Of a stretch of DNA of 64,000 nucleotides, positions 10,798 to 20,114 are shown in pieces (position 1 is the first letter of the stretch; every line of letters starts with the position of its first letter). This DNA comes from a virus. The notes under the pieces are model-generated. The model was not told the DNA's origin. It searched no databases and saw nothing but the letters and a program-made list of their open reading frames with translations. Where the stretch lies: positions 129,959 through 193,958 of IMG/VR virus record IMGVR_UViG_3300015360_000024, one strand, 5' to 3'. The translations under genes were made by a program, and so were the position numbers.

Positions 10798-10848
10798 CTA
10801 AAGACCTACGTCGTCGAAGTTGCGCTCGCGGGCGCCAACGCCAAGGAC

Positions 10849-11286
10849 ATGCTTTCGATCTTCAATCCCGCAGCATCGGGAAAGATCGTCAAGCTTCGTG
10901 AAGCCTGGGCAACGGTTCCATCTTCTTCTGGCGCTATGGTCATCATTCCGTTCGAGATTCGACACGCGACTGCCATTACAACCGGAACTGTCGTCAACGA
11001 GAAATCGTTGGACATAGGAGATGCCAACAGTGCTGTAGCTGTTGTGCGTCAGGCTCCGACAGGGATTACCGATCATGCGATACCTGTGTGGTGGACATGG
11101 GTTGAGCAAATCAACACGGTGCAGGGATCTACCAACGCGCATAGTGAAACACTGAGCGACAGTTCATCAATCTCAGAGATAAAACCGTTGACCTTACGTG
11201 AGGGGAACGGCGCGTACCTGCGACAAATCGCTACGAACACGAGTACATTCCGTATGGGCTTTCTGTTCACAGAGGAGATTCCGTGA
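10849..11286 (+). CDS. Hypothetical beta-rich protein; likely the C-terminal part of 10507..11286
   Basis: Same frame as 10507..10797. The AAGGA before its ATG is only 1 nt away, so there is no usable RBS. Confidence 0.6.
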   Translation: MLSIFNPAASGKIVKLREAWATVPSSSGAMVIIPFEIRHATAITTGTVVNEKSLDIGDANSAVAVVRQAPTGITDHAIPVWWTWVEQINTVQGSTNAHSETLSDSSSISEIKPLTLREGNGAYLRQIATNTSTFRMGFLFTEEIP

Positions 11287-11480
11287 GTCTTGAATTCTTT
11301 CCACTGGTAACCGAGGTCTCTGAGAACACGGCCGTTACGGAACGCATGCAGGTCTATCGCGCCAAGATTCTTGGCGGGTGGCTCGTGCTAGTAACAAGCC
11401 AGGTCGCTGGATATCAGCATGAAAAATTAACGTTTGTGCCCGACGCTGATCACACCTGGAATGGAGAATCGCTGCCATGA
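11283..11480 (+). CDS. Hypothetical protein
   Basis: AGGAG RBS; GTGA overlap upstream and ATGA overlap downstream. Confidence 0.65.
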   Translation: MSLEFFPLVTEVSENTAVTERMQVYRAKILGGWLVLVTSQVAGYQHEKLTFVPDADHTWNGESLP

Positions 11481-12391
11481 AGAAGATGTTTTTGATCGCC
11501 CTTGTTTGCTTCGTTGCTGGGTGTGAAGACACCGCAACGCCCAACCTCGTCTCAGTTGCTGAGGCCAGTATGACCACGTGTCAGACGTGTACGAATGTAA
11601 CGCCGGCCCAGCCAGCAATCCTCGTGCATGGACGCAACGATACGTCGGCTCGGTGGAATACCCTGGTAACTAACTGGGCAGCCAAGGGATACACCGAGAA
11701 CACCAACCTGTTCCGGATCAACATGGCTGCATACTGCACGAGCAACTCGTTCTGCGCGATGTTGCCCGCCCCTGACGGAACGGGCGCGACGTACGTTAAC
11801 GAGAGTTACGCCAACTGCCTAAAGCGGTACATCGACGAGAAGGTGCCATGTGTAACCGACGGCGCCGGTGGTGTTAACTGTCCCGCAGTTGATATCGTAA
11901 CGCACAGTCAGGGCGGCGTGGTCGCGCGCTACTACACCCGCTTCCTCGCAGGCACGCGGCAGGTCAACGACCTTGTCGTGATGGCAGCGCCGATCGGCAA
12001 CGGCATCACGAACTGCACGCTCGCAGGAGCATGTCCGGGCGTCAATCCAGAGGACTGTCCTGATAGCGCTTTCGCGCGCAAGCTCAACGGCGTTGCACCG
12101 CAAGGCGATGGGACAAACGACGAGACCCCGGGCGGACACGCAACGGGGCCGATTCACTATTCGGCCACGCTGTCGACAGGAGACAAGACCGTCGTGCCGT
12201 GGTGTACGGCCTACTTCATCTCGAACCCGCAAACCCAACAGGGTGATGATCTGAGCTGCTCGGGTGCAGGCAACTACACGCTCGATCCCGACGCAGATAG
12301 CTGCAAGCTATCAAGCGTGATGCACCTGGTAATTCCAACGAACACCACTGCGATCAACGATGCGTACTGCAAGTTGAACAATCCAGAGTGA
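11477..12391 (+). CDS. Lipoprotein alpha/beta-hydrolase (lipase/esterase-like)
   Basis: Signal peptide with VAGC lipobox; ILVHG oxyanion motif; VDIVTHSQGG nucleophile elbow; late VMHL histidine; Cys-rich. Confidence 0.85.
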   Translation: MKKMFLIALVCFVAGCEDTATPNLVSVAEASMTTCQTCTNVTPAQPAILVHGRNDTSARWNTLVTNWAAKGYTENTNLFRINMAAYCTSNSFCAMLPAPDGTGATYVNESYANCLKRYIDEKVPCVTDGAGGVNCPAVDIVTHSQGGVVARYYTRFLAGTRQVNDLVVMAAPIGNGITNCTLAGACPGVNPEDCPDSAFARKLNGVAPQGDGTNDETPGGHATGPIHYSATLSTGDKTVVPWCTAYFISNPQTQQGDDLSCSGAGNYTLDPDADSCKLSSVMHLVIPTNTTAINDAYCKLNNPE

Positions 12392-12422
12392 TTCACGGCT
12401 ACGATGTTCTGATGGCTGAGCG

Positions 12423-15086
12423 GTGATTCGAGTAACGATCAAAAATACAGGCAGCGTGCAGATCGTGCCTGGTGGGCATCCCGCGCTGCCTCCTCCGTTT
12501 CACCTGGTCGCATTGTGGCCGGGTGAAATGGAGGAGTCGATCTGCACTATGGAACAGGTGCAGGCTGAGTGGCCTCATAATTCAGGTTTTAAGGTGCTGG
12601 ATCTGTTGAGGCAGCTGGTTCAGCAGAGTGTGATTCGAGTTGACATTCGTCCATATCAGGAGAATTCTCCGGCGGTTCCTGCAATAGCACGGGCAAGCGA
12701 GATCCTGACGCCTCCGCCGCCGGCACCTCCTAAGCCAGAGACCGTCGCTCAGGTGTTTAGAATGGCACCGCCCACCGTTGAAGATGACCCAGATGAAGAC
12801 GAGGACGAGCCCATGAGCAACAAGGACGACCTGCCTGATTTCGTTGATCCGCTCTATAACGCGCCGACGACCAAGAAGGCTAAACCTGCGCCTGTTGAGG
12901 AGGTTGTGCCAGCAAGGCCCGCTCCCGTACAGAGTCCCACTGCAATCGACATCCCAGACCCAACTGTGGCTGCGTATCGTGGCAAGAAGAAGGAATCCAG
13001 GAAGGACGCCTTCGACTCTGCAGTGCAGATGGCGTTCGTGGGCGCTGGCCAGGGAGGCGGTCGGATTGCCCAGTCGTTCTACGACATGGGCTACAGGCGC
13101 GTCTGCGCGGTCAACACGACCCAGCAGGACTTGTCGTCGCTGACTATCGCCGACCAGCTTGTTATCGGCAGGAACCGTGGCGGCGCCGGCAAGGACCCGG
13201 AACAGGGCAAGCTTGCTGCCAAGGAGTCGTACGAGGAGATCATGGACCTCCTTAACCGCTCATGGGGTGAAGGCGTCGAGCAGATGTTCGTCTGCGTCGG
13301 AGCTGGTGGCGGAAGCGGTACTGGCAGCTGGCCGGTCCTCGTCAAGGCGATGCGCGAGTTTGGTGAGAGCACAAACATCGAGAAGCCCATCGAGAAGCAC
13401 CTCGGCATCATCATGACGATGCCCAAGCGGTCCGAGGGCTCACGGGTTCAGCAGAACGCGCTGACGGCACTCAAGCAGGCTGTCGAGCTGGTTGAGGAGA
13501 AGAAGATCAGCACGCTTGTCATTGTCGACAACGCGAAGATCCACGACCTGTACCCCGGTCTGCCGGTGAAGCAGTTCTGGACGGTGGCCAATCAGAACTT
13601 TGCTGCCATCCTGCATACATTCAACATCCTCGCGGCCAAGGATTCGCAGTACAACTGCGTTGACGCAGATACTGAAGCATTGACCAAACGCGGCTGGGTC
13701 AGAGGGTTTGATCTTGATCCACGAGACGTGCTTCTGACTAAGAATGCAGAGACCGGCGAACTTGAGTGGCAGGCTCTGACGGATCTCAAGCTCTGGCCAG
13801 ATTACGAAGGGCCACTCGTAGAGTTGAAAAATAGAACGTTCAGTGCCGTGACGACGCCAGACCATCGCTGGTTAGTAACCGAGTCCTATGGTGGCGAAGA
13901 CGTTTGCAAGCTGACCAGCGAGTTGTCGTTGACCGGCCACGATCGTATTCATCGGTCTGGCACTTATCGTGGTCCAGATACCTCTATATGGACCGATGAT
14001 TTCGTTGAGTTGATGGGGTGGTTTTTGACGGATGGAACTTGTACCGTTACGCCTGAGTGCGAGGTCAAGAAGCAAAAGAACAGAACGTATGCAGGGCCTC
14101 GTGTAAGTGTTCAGATCTATCAAAGTGAGAGGGCTAACCCAGGGAAGGTTTCCCGTATAGATTCGCTATTACAGCGAATTGGGTGCCAGGCCCACAGGGG
14201 ATTTTACGACAGAGATCAGCGTGTAACATGGCGACTTGACCGATCTACGTCAGAGATTTTGAACGCTCTGTTCCCAGAGAAGGTTCTAACTCCTGAGGTT
14301 GCAGCCCAGCTGACAGCGTCACAGGCGAAGAGACTTCTTGAATCTATGATGCTTGGAGACGGTAATCTTGCTGGGACTGATGAGCGACAGCAGGTATTTA
14401 CTTCTGGCTCCGAAGCCGGGATTGAGGCATTTCAAATGCTCTGCACTTTATGTGGATTTGCCAGCACTTCGCGATGGCGTGATATGTCTGGATACACGCC
14501 TGTGTCTGACAAGATGCCAAACATTCCAAAGATGAGCGGCGTTTGGGCTTCGACCATTCTTCGGAGGCCGACCGTACAGCTTCAGAAGGAACATAAGAGA
14601 GAGTTCAACGCAAAACAGGGCGTCTGGTGCCCTGTTGTTCCCAATACGTACTTCGTGGCACGCCGTGAAGGAACGGTTTACGTTACTGGCAACACGTTCG
14701 ACCGGGCTGACTATCGGTCGGTGCTCCGCAACGGCATTATGATCTTCGGCATGACACGAGTCGAGGAGTGGGTGAACAAGGAAGACGTCTCGGTGGCCAT
14801 CCGCCAGAACCTCGCCGGGTCACTTCTGGCTGATGGGTTCGATCTCAGCAAGGCGAACATGGCTGGCGCAATCGTCGTGGCTCACGACAATGTGCTTGAA
14901 GAGGTGCCAATGGAGAACATCGACTACGCCTTCCATAGCCTCGGACGCGCGCTTGGCAACGATGGGATCACGCTCCACAGCGGCATCTACGAATGGAACA
15001 AGCCGGGCATGATGGTTTTCACAATCGTCTCCGGCCTTCAGCCGCCGCAGTCGAGATTTGACGAGCTGGAGAAGCTCTCAACCTGA
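12423..15086 (+). CDS. FtsZ/tubulin-family GTPase precursor containing an intein
   Basis: FVGAGQGGGRIA, AVNT, GAGKDPEQG, GAGGGSGTG signature, MPKRSEG and VDNAKI follow the FtsZ/tubulin motif order. Spliced length would be 541 aa. Confidence 0.9.
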   Translation: MIRVTIKNTGSVQIVPGGHPALPPPFHLVALWPGEMEESICTMEQVQAEWPHNSGFKVLDLLRQLVQQSVIRVDIRPYQENSPAVPAIARASEILTPPPPAPPKPETVAQVFRMAPPTVEDDPDEDEDEPMSNKDDLPDFVDPLYNAPTTKKAKPAPVEEVVPARPAPVQSPTAIDIPDPTVAAYRGKKKESRKDAFDSAVQMAFVGAGQGGGRIAQSFYDMGYRRVCAVNTTQQDLSSLTIADQLVIGRNRGGAGKDPEQGKLAAKESYEEIMDLLNRSWGEGVEQMFVCVGAGGGSGTGSWPVLVKAMREFGESTNIEKPIEKHLGIIMTMPKRSEGSRVQQNALTALKQAVELVEEKKISTLVIVDNAKIHDLYPGLPVKQFWTVANQNFAAILHTFNILAAKDSQYNCVDADTEALTKRGWVRGFDLDPRDVLLTKNAETGELEWQALTDLKLWPDYEGPLVELKNRTFSAVTTPDHRWLVTESYGGEDVCKLTSELSLTGHDRIHRSGTYRGPDTSIWTDDFVELMGWFLTDGTCTVTPECEVKKQKNRTYAGPRVSVQIYQSERANPGKVSRIDSLLQRIGCQAHRGFYDRDQRVTWRLDRSTSEILNALFPEKVLTPEVAAQLTASQAKRLLESMMLGDGNLAGTDERQQVFTSGSEAGIEAFQMLCTLCGFASTSRWRDMSGYTPVSDKMPNIPKMSGVWASTILRRPTVQLQKEHKREFNAKQGVWCPVVPNTYFVARREGTVYVTGNTFDRADYRSVLRNGIMIFGMTRVEEWVNKEDVSVAIRQNLAGSLLADGFDLSKANMAGAIVVAHDNVLEEVPMENIDYAFHSLGRALGNDGITLHSGIYEWNKPGMMVFTIVSGLQPPQSRFDELEKLST
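13656..14693 (+). mobile_element. Intein with LAGLIDADG homing endonuclease (346 aa) in the tubulin gene
   Basis: Starts CVDADTEALTKRGW; block B TTPDHRW; LAGLIDADG-like LMGWFLTDG and LESMMLGDG; ends VYVTGN followed by Thr(+1). Confidence 0.9.
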
Positions 15087-15090
15087 AGCT

Positions 15091-15318
15091 ATGCCGAAGC
15101 CATGGATCGAGAAGCTGTCCGGCCCGGTCAATGGCGTCAATCTAACCTTCGAGACGCCGCAGAATTTCGTTCCAGGCAGCGTGAAGGTATTCGTGAACGG
15201 GATCGTTCTCGTGGCGGACATGGATGACGGTTGGACAGAGCTTGGGACCAAGAAGGTGGTCATGAAGATCGCGCCGATTCCAGGCGACGTGCTTCAGGCT
15301 TACTATCTGACGGTTTAG
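15091..15318 (+). CDS. Small beta-domain structural protein
   Basis: ATG at 15091 just after the tubulin stop. SGPVNGVNLTF..VFVNG..DDGW is paralogous to the 15379 ORF. Confidence 0.65.
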   Translation: MPKPWIEKLSGPVNGVNLTFETPQNFVPGSVKVFVNGIVLVADMDDGWTELGTKKVVMKIAPIPGDVLQAYYLTV

Positions 15319-15378
15319 TCGGATCTTACCTCCAGTTGCACATATCGATCCGGTTAGGGTAGAAGTGTACCTGGGCGC

Positions 15379-15840
15379 ATGCCGAGTCCAAGATTTGAAG
15401 TTCCGTCCGGAACTGTGGATGGTTCCAACACAGTCTTCACTGTGTCGATGCCGTATTCGGCTGGAACTACTGCCGTTTTCAGAAACGGTTTGCTCCAAGA
15501 GAAGAGCCTGGACGATGGCTGGCTTGAGACGAGTCCAAACCTAGGCATTGTGACGTTAAAGATCGCGCCGAGTGCCTTTGGATACCCAGATGTCATTCAG
15601 ATCTTCTTCCTGGACCAGTCACCATCTCCTGCTCCGCTTCCAGAGTCACTGGTCTTCAAGCTCAAGGGCATCATCCGAGCGCAGCCATCCATGAGGGGCT
15701 CGCTGGATATCCAGCAACGGATGACTGCTCACATGGAAGCCAACAAGCCGCTCGTAGGACATCTGGAGGAACGCAAGGACTTGCGCGGCTCCATCAAGGC
15801 GCAGCCGAAAATGAAGGCCTTCATCAAGGAGTGTGTCTAG
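15379..15840 (+). CDS. Small beta-domain structural protein (paralogue of 15091)
   Basis: SGTVDGSNTVF..VFRNG..DDGW..KIAP shared with the upstream ORF. Confidence 0.65.
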   Translation: MPSPRFEVPSGTVDGSNTVFTVSMPYSAGTTAVFRNGLLQEKSLDDGWLETSPNLGIVTLKIAPSAFGYPDVIQIFFLDQSPSPAPLPESLVFKLKGIIRAQPSMRGSLDIQQRMTAHMEANKPLVGHLEERKDLRGSIKAQPKMKAFIKECV

Positions 15841-16671
15841 GTGCCTGCAGTCTCCCAGGAAGAGGCTGTGCGTTTTCGCCTGATGTACGACGCTCGTATG
15901 TCGATGAAGCAGATCAGCGAACAAACCGGGCGTGGTCTGGAAACCATCTGGCGTCACCTCAGGGCGTCTGGAGCGACTCGAACGCTGGAAGCTGGTTGGG
16001 CGATGGCGATGGATGAAGGTCGCGTCCCGGCCCCTCCGGTGAACCGTAGACATACATTCGACCAGCGCTTTTTCGAGGTCGTAGACTCCTCGGAGAAGGC
16101 GTGGGTTCTCGGGTTGATGTTCGGCGACGGTAACGTTCGTTCTAGTGGCCGTGTGTTGCTGGCGTGTGGCAAGGACAAGGATGTCGCTCGCAAGGTCGCG
16201 GATCTGTTTTCTTACAGCGGTCCGCTGGTCTTTAAGTCGAGCTGTTGGATGCTGGAGGTTGGCTCTGTTGCGATGGTAAGGGATCTTGCCGCACTTGGTG
16301 TGGTTCCAGCTAAGACGTATACGATGAAGTTCCCATCGCTACCTGACGGTCTGTTGCCGCATTTCGTGCGCGGCCTCTGGGAGAGCGACGGAACCATGTC
16401 GCGCTTGAAGACTGGCGGCCTGTATATGAAATATGTCAGCGCCAGCAGATGCTTTGTGGTTTCACTGCGCGACTTGCTTATCGACACGGTTAATGTGGTG
16501 GCCAAGGTTCAAGACCCGAGAGGACTTGATAGGCGTGGCGTTCCAGATCGCACATCTGTCATATCGTATGGCTCATCAAGTGCTGAGCGGTTGAGCGAGT
16601 GGGTGTACGGTTCATCTACTAAGCAGATGCGTTGTGATAGAAAATGGCACATTCATCGAGGTGATGTATGA
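15841..16671 (+). CDS. Free-standing LAGLIDADG homing endonuclease with N-terminal HTH
   Basis: AWVLGLMFGDG and HFVRGLWESDG motifs; N-terminal SMKQISEQTGRGLETIWRHL HTH; AAGGAG RBS. Confidence 0.85.
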   Translation: MPAVSQEEAVRFRLMYDARMSMKQISEQTGRGLETIWRHLRASGATRTLEAGWAMAMDEGRVPAPPVNRRHTFDQRFFEVVDSSEKAWVLGLMFGDGNVRSSGRVLLACGKDKDVARKVADLFSYSGPLVFKSSCWMLEVGSVAMVRDLAALGVVPAKTYTMKFPSLPDGLLPHFVRGLWESDGTMSRLKTGGLYMKYVSASRCFVVSLRDLLIDTVNVVAKVQDPRGLDRRGVPDRTSVISYGSSSAERLSEWVYGSSTKQMRCDRKWHIHRGDV

Positions 16672-19600
16672 GCCCGGGCTTTGGCGAAGGACCGTTTGGC
16701 AGTGGCTCATTCGGAGAGTGGCCGTGGTCGCTGTTCACGCTCATTGGCGGCATCCCGGCCGTGTACAGGGAGCAGGACGATCTCGCTGGCGCTGGGACTC
16801 TAAGGGCCCTTCTTGAGGGTCTGGTTCCTTCGCTGGATGGACTTAGACAGAAGATCCGTGACTACGACGATCTTCGTGACCCACTACGCGCTCCGATTGA
16901 TACGGACTTCTCGGTCTCTCTGCTCATCATTAGGACCGATAATCAGGGCGACGGCACATCGATCGTGTTCTTGAGCGAGGGCCCCGACGGCGATAAATTC
17001 AAGGGAATCCGGCCAGGAATGGTGCTGATCGACCTGACTGGGTTCAGGTTCACGATCAGTAAGGTGAACAGCTCTGCGCTTCCGGTGGACGTGGACGATC
17101 CTCCGATCGACCCAGAGACCGGAGAGCTGACAGGTCGCCACATAGTCGTCGACAACATCGGTCAGTCCAGCACGGAGTTGGTCCCATTCTCATCGTCGGT
17201 ACTCATCACGAACGAGAATCCAGCCCCAGTCGGGGCTACTGGAACGATTCAGGCTGTTGCGTTTGCGTCACTGATCGATGGTCAAACCTTTACGCTTAAC
17301 GACGCTGTTCATCCAGTGGTCGTCTTCGAGTTCGATACGGTCCCGGATGGCGTAACTCCTGGTCGGATTGCGGTCGACGTCAGTGGATTAACAACAGACG
17401 TTGAAGTTGCCAATGCGATGGTTGAGGCCATCAATGCCGCGCCTAATCTAAATCTAACCGCGTCCAACGGCGGCGGCACCCTGTCACTGGTGACGATTGT
17501 CAATTTTGGCGCTGGCCTCAAGGGTAACTCGCCCACGACAACATGGTCAGAGACCGTTATTGACGCAGGGTTTGTTATTGCGCAGCCGAGTGGTGGTTCG
17601 GCTGGAGCGTTCCCACTGGATACCATCGTGTTGGGCTACGCAGGGCATGACGACGGCGTTTCGCTTCCGCCGTACGTGTTCAACACGGTTGGTTCGTACG
17701 TTGGCGGGCTCGATATCGCCCCGAATAGGGTGACGATTACCTGGAACGAAAGCGGCATTCTAAAGACTGGGTTCTTCACTGGAGAAGGACTTCCTGGTGG
17801 AGATCTCGCAGATACGAGCACGCTTAATCGGTCGTCGTCCGGTCCTGCCCTCGCAGCTGGTCAGATCAAGCTCTATAACGATAGCGGAGCCGTGATCGAC
17901 GCCGATTCGATCAATATTACCTACACCAAGATTCCGTTCATCCAGGCTGAGGATTCTGAGATTCGGGCGCAGAATATCCTCGCGTTCCTGTCCGGCGATT
18001 ACGGCATCAAGCTTGATCGCAACGACCCGGAGTTCCTCCAGAGGTCGTACGTCAATAACTCGTTCAAGATTTGGGACATCAAGGGAACCGAACTTGGTTA
18101 TGACGTGCTCGGTCAGTACGCCGGTTATTTTGTTAGCGCGAAGCCGCTGTATGCGATTAGTGCGGCGGTCGCAGCGAGCTTGCCTCCTGAATACGTATTT
18201 GAGTTCCCCGAAGGGGATCCGTCGGTCGGTAGTATCGTTGCCATCGCGCCAGGTGACATTGTAGAAGGCGAGACGTTTACGCTGGATGACGGCGTGAGCG
18301 CACCCGTGACGTTCGAGTTTGACGTTCCGCCCGATGGCGTTTTTGGCGCCAATATCGTTGTCGATATCAGCGCGGCAGTTACAGCCTTGGATGTCGCAAA
18401 TGCAATGGTGGCGGCGATTAATGGAGCCGTTGGCCTTGATCTGACTGCGACGAATGGCGGCAGCACGCTGACCACGGTGACGATCACGAACGCCGAGAAC
18501 GGCGCGTTCGGCAACGTCACGACGTGGACGGATTCGGTTGCCGATGTCGGTTTCGTTATTGCGCAACCAGTTGGCGGCGTGGACAGCGATCTATTCACGA
18601 CGATCAATCCTGGTCGTGGCCTCTTTGACGAGATCGCCATGGATGCGATTCCACTCGACCTACTCTGCTCAGACGTCACATACCCTCAAACCGTGCAAGT
18701 TGTTACCGCGACGACCGTCGAGCAACTTCAGCTGGAAGGCAGCAACAAGCGCTCGCGCGTCACCGTCACGACGGCCGCCATGTATCAGTCGTTCGCCACG
18801 GATGGCGTGTTCACGGATTTCAATGGACAGAATTTTGACGTTCTAAGCTACGAGCGGATCAACGCGACTACCTACACGTTCGAGGTGTCGGCGTTCTTGC
18901 TTCCAGTCGTTGGCGTCGGCTCGATGACGTGGAACGTGTTCGCGTTCACTGCGCCAAACACGGTGACGATTGTCGGTCTCGGAACTGATGTTGTTGATCT
19001 CGGCGTTCAGTATGTTGGGTATACCGGGCGCAGGTATCGGATCACGAAGACATTTATAGATCCGGTGCTCGCTGGCGTCGGCAACTGGACGTTCATTGAT
19101 AGTGATGGAGTAGCTTCGTACATCGAGTCATTCGAGTTGGTGACGGGGACGACGTACCAGTTTGAGATCATCAGCGCGACAGCTCCGGCAACCGGCCCAG
19201 CGAATATTTTTTATCACTGCGAGATTGTTACGTCGTGCGACTTCTGTAGGGCTAGTTCAATTCTGATCAAGATCAGCCCGAGCGCCATTCTTAGCTTCCC
19301 CGAAGCTCTAGAGGGCGACGCCCTGAGCCGTCTTGTGATCAGACTCCAGCAGATGATCCCTGGTCATGTCAGGATCGCGGCGTTTATTTACGATCCTGGT
19401 CCTGCGGTTGCCTCATGGGGGCCGATCGTCGCGTCCGTGACTGACAGCGTCGTTGAGAGTAGCTCTGAGGATGCGCTATACACGGCTGTCTACGACGAGG
19501 ATGAGTATCCCGCCGACGAACTTCCAACGGACGGAGCCCCGATTACAGCCTCTTCTGAGGTCACCATCACGAACGAGAACGTGTTGGAGGAGTACCTTGT

Positions 19601-20105
19601 TGAGGAGGATCCGCTTATTGCTGGAACATGGCTAGCCGGCGGCCAGTGGCAGGTTACGGAGTATCGCTCGTCGACTTCGTTCCGCTCGTTCAACTACGGC
19701 GCCGATGACGTCGGGATGGTCACTCCTCCAAACTATGACAATGGAGCGATCTCCACGGGCACCCTGACATCTCCGACGGTCAATATTCCGGCTGCGACCA
19801 CTGTACTTCTGAAGTTTAGGCACTTTGGACAGATGCGGGCAGGCGGCGCGAACGACGTTGTGAGCGTCCTCGTCGTTGACGAGACTGGTCCGTCGACGGT
19901 TCAGACGATTACAAAGACAGATCTCGGCCTGTTTGGATCTGGTACCAACGGCGGATTCACGTCATTCAGCGTTCCGATCGGCCCTGCTGTCATCGGAAAC
20001 GGCAACTTCCACTTAGAATTCGTCTTTAATTCGGTTACAACCACGCTGGGTCAGCTGGGCGAAGGCTGGTACATCGATGACGTCGAGATCCAGGTCATCC
20101 CGTAG
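16668..20105 (+). CDS. Baseplate wedge-like protein with an internal duplicated domain
   Basis: W.IKGT..GY motif recalls P2 gpI/T4 wedge-type proteins; two copies of a ~115-aa domain; C-terminal GWYIDDVEI jelly-roll motif. Confidence 0.6.
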   Translation: MSPGFGEGPFGSGSFGEWPWSLFTLIGGIPAVYREQDDLAGAGTLRALLEGLVPSLDGLRQKIRDYDDLRDPLRAPIDTDFSVSLLIIRTDNQGDGTSIVFLSEGPDGDKFKGIRPGMVLIDLTGFRFTISKVNSSALPVDVDDPPIDPETGELTGRHIVVDNIGQSSTELVPFSSSVLITNENPAPVGATGTIQAVAFASLIDGQTFTLNDAVHPVVVFEFDTVPDGVTPGRIAVDVSGLTTDVEVANAMVEAINAAPNLNLTASNGGGTLSLVTIVNFGAGLKGNSPTTTWSETVIDAGFVIAQPSGGSAGAFPLDTIVLGYAGHDDGVSLPPYVFNTVGSYVGGLDIAPNRVTITWNESGILKTGFFTGEGLPGGDLADTSTLNRSSSGPALAAGQIKLYNDSGAVIDADSINITYTKIPFIQAEDSEIRAQNILAFLSGDYGIKLDRNDPEFLQRSYVNNSFKIWDIKGTELGYDVLGQYAGYFVSAKPLYAISAAVAASLPPEYVFEFPEGDPSVGSIVAIAPGDIVEGETFTLDDGVSAPVTFEFDVPPDGVFGANIVVDISAAVTALDVANAMVAAINGAVGLDLTATNGGSTLTTVTITNAENGAFGNVTTWTDSVADVGFVIAQPVGGVDSDLFTTINPGRGLFDEIAMDAIPLDLLCSDVTYPQTVQVVTATTVEQLQLEGSNKRSRVTVTTAAMYQSFATDGVFTDFNGQNFDVLSYERINATTYTFEVSAFLLPVVGVGSMTWNVFAFTAPNTVTIVGLGTDVVDLGVQYVGYTGRRYRITKTFIDPVLAGVGNWTFIDSDGVASYIESFELVTGTTYQFEIISATAPATGPANIFYHCEIVTSCDFCRASSILIKISPSAILSFPEALEGDALSRLVIRLQQMIPGHVRIAAFIYDPGPAVASWGPIVASVTDSVVESSSEDALYTAVYDEDEYPADELPTDGAPITASSEVTITNENVLEEYLVEEDPLIAGTWLAGGQWQVTEYRSSTSFRSFNYGADDVGMVTPPNYDNGAISTGTLTSPTVNIPAATTVLLKFRHFGQMRAGGANDVVSVLVVDETGPSTVQTITKTDLGLFGSGTNGGFTSFSVPIGPAVIGNGNFHLEFVFNSVTTTLGQLGEGWYIDDVEIQVIP

Positions 20106-20114
20106 GAGAATGCA

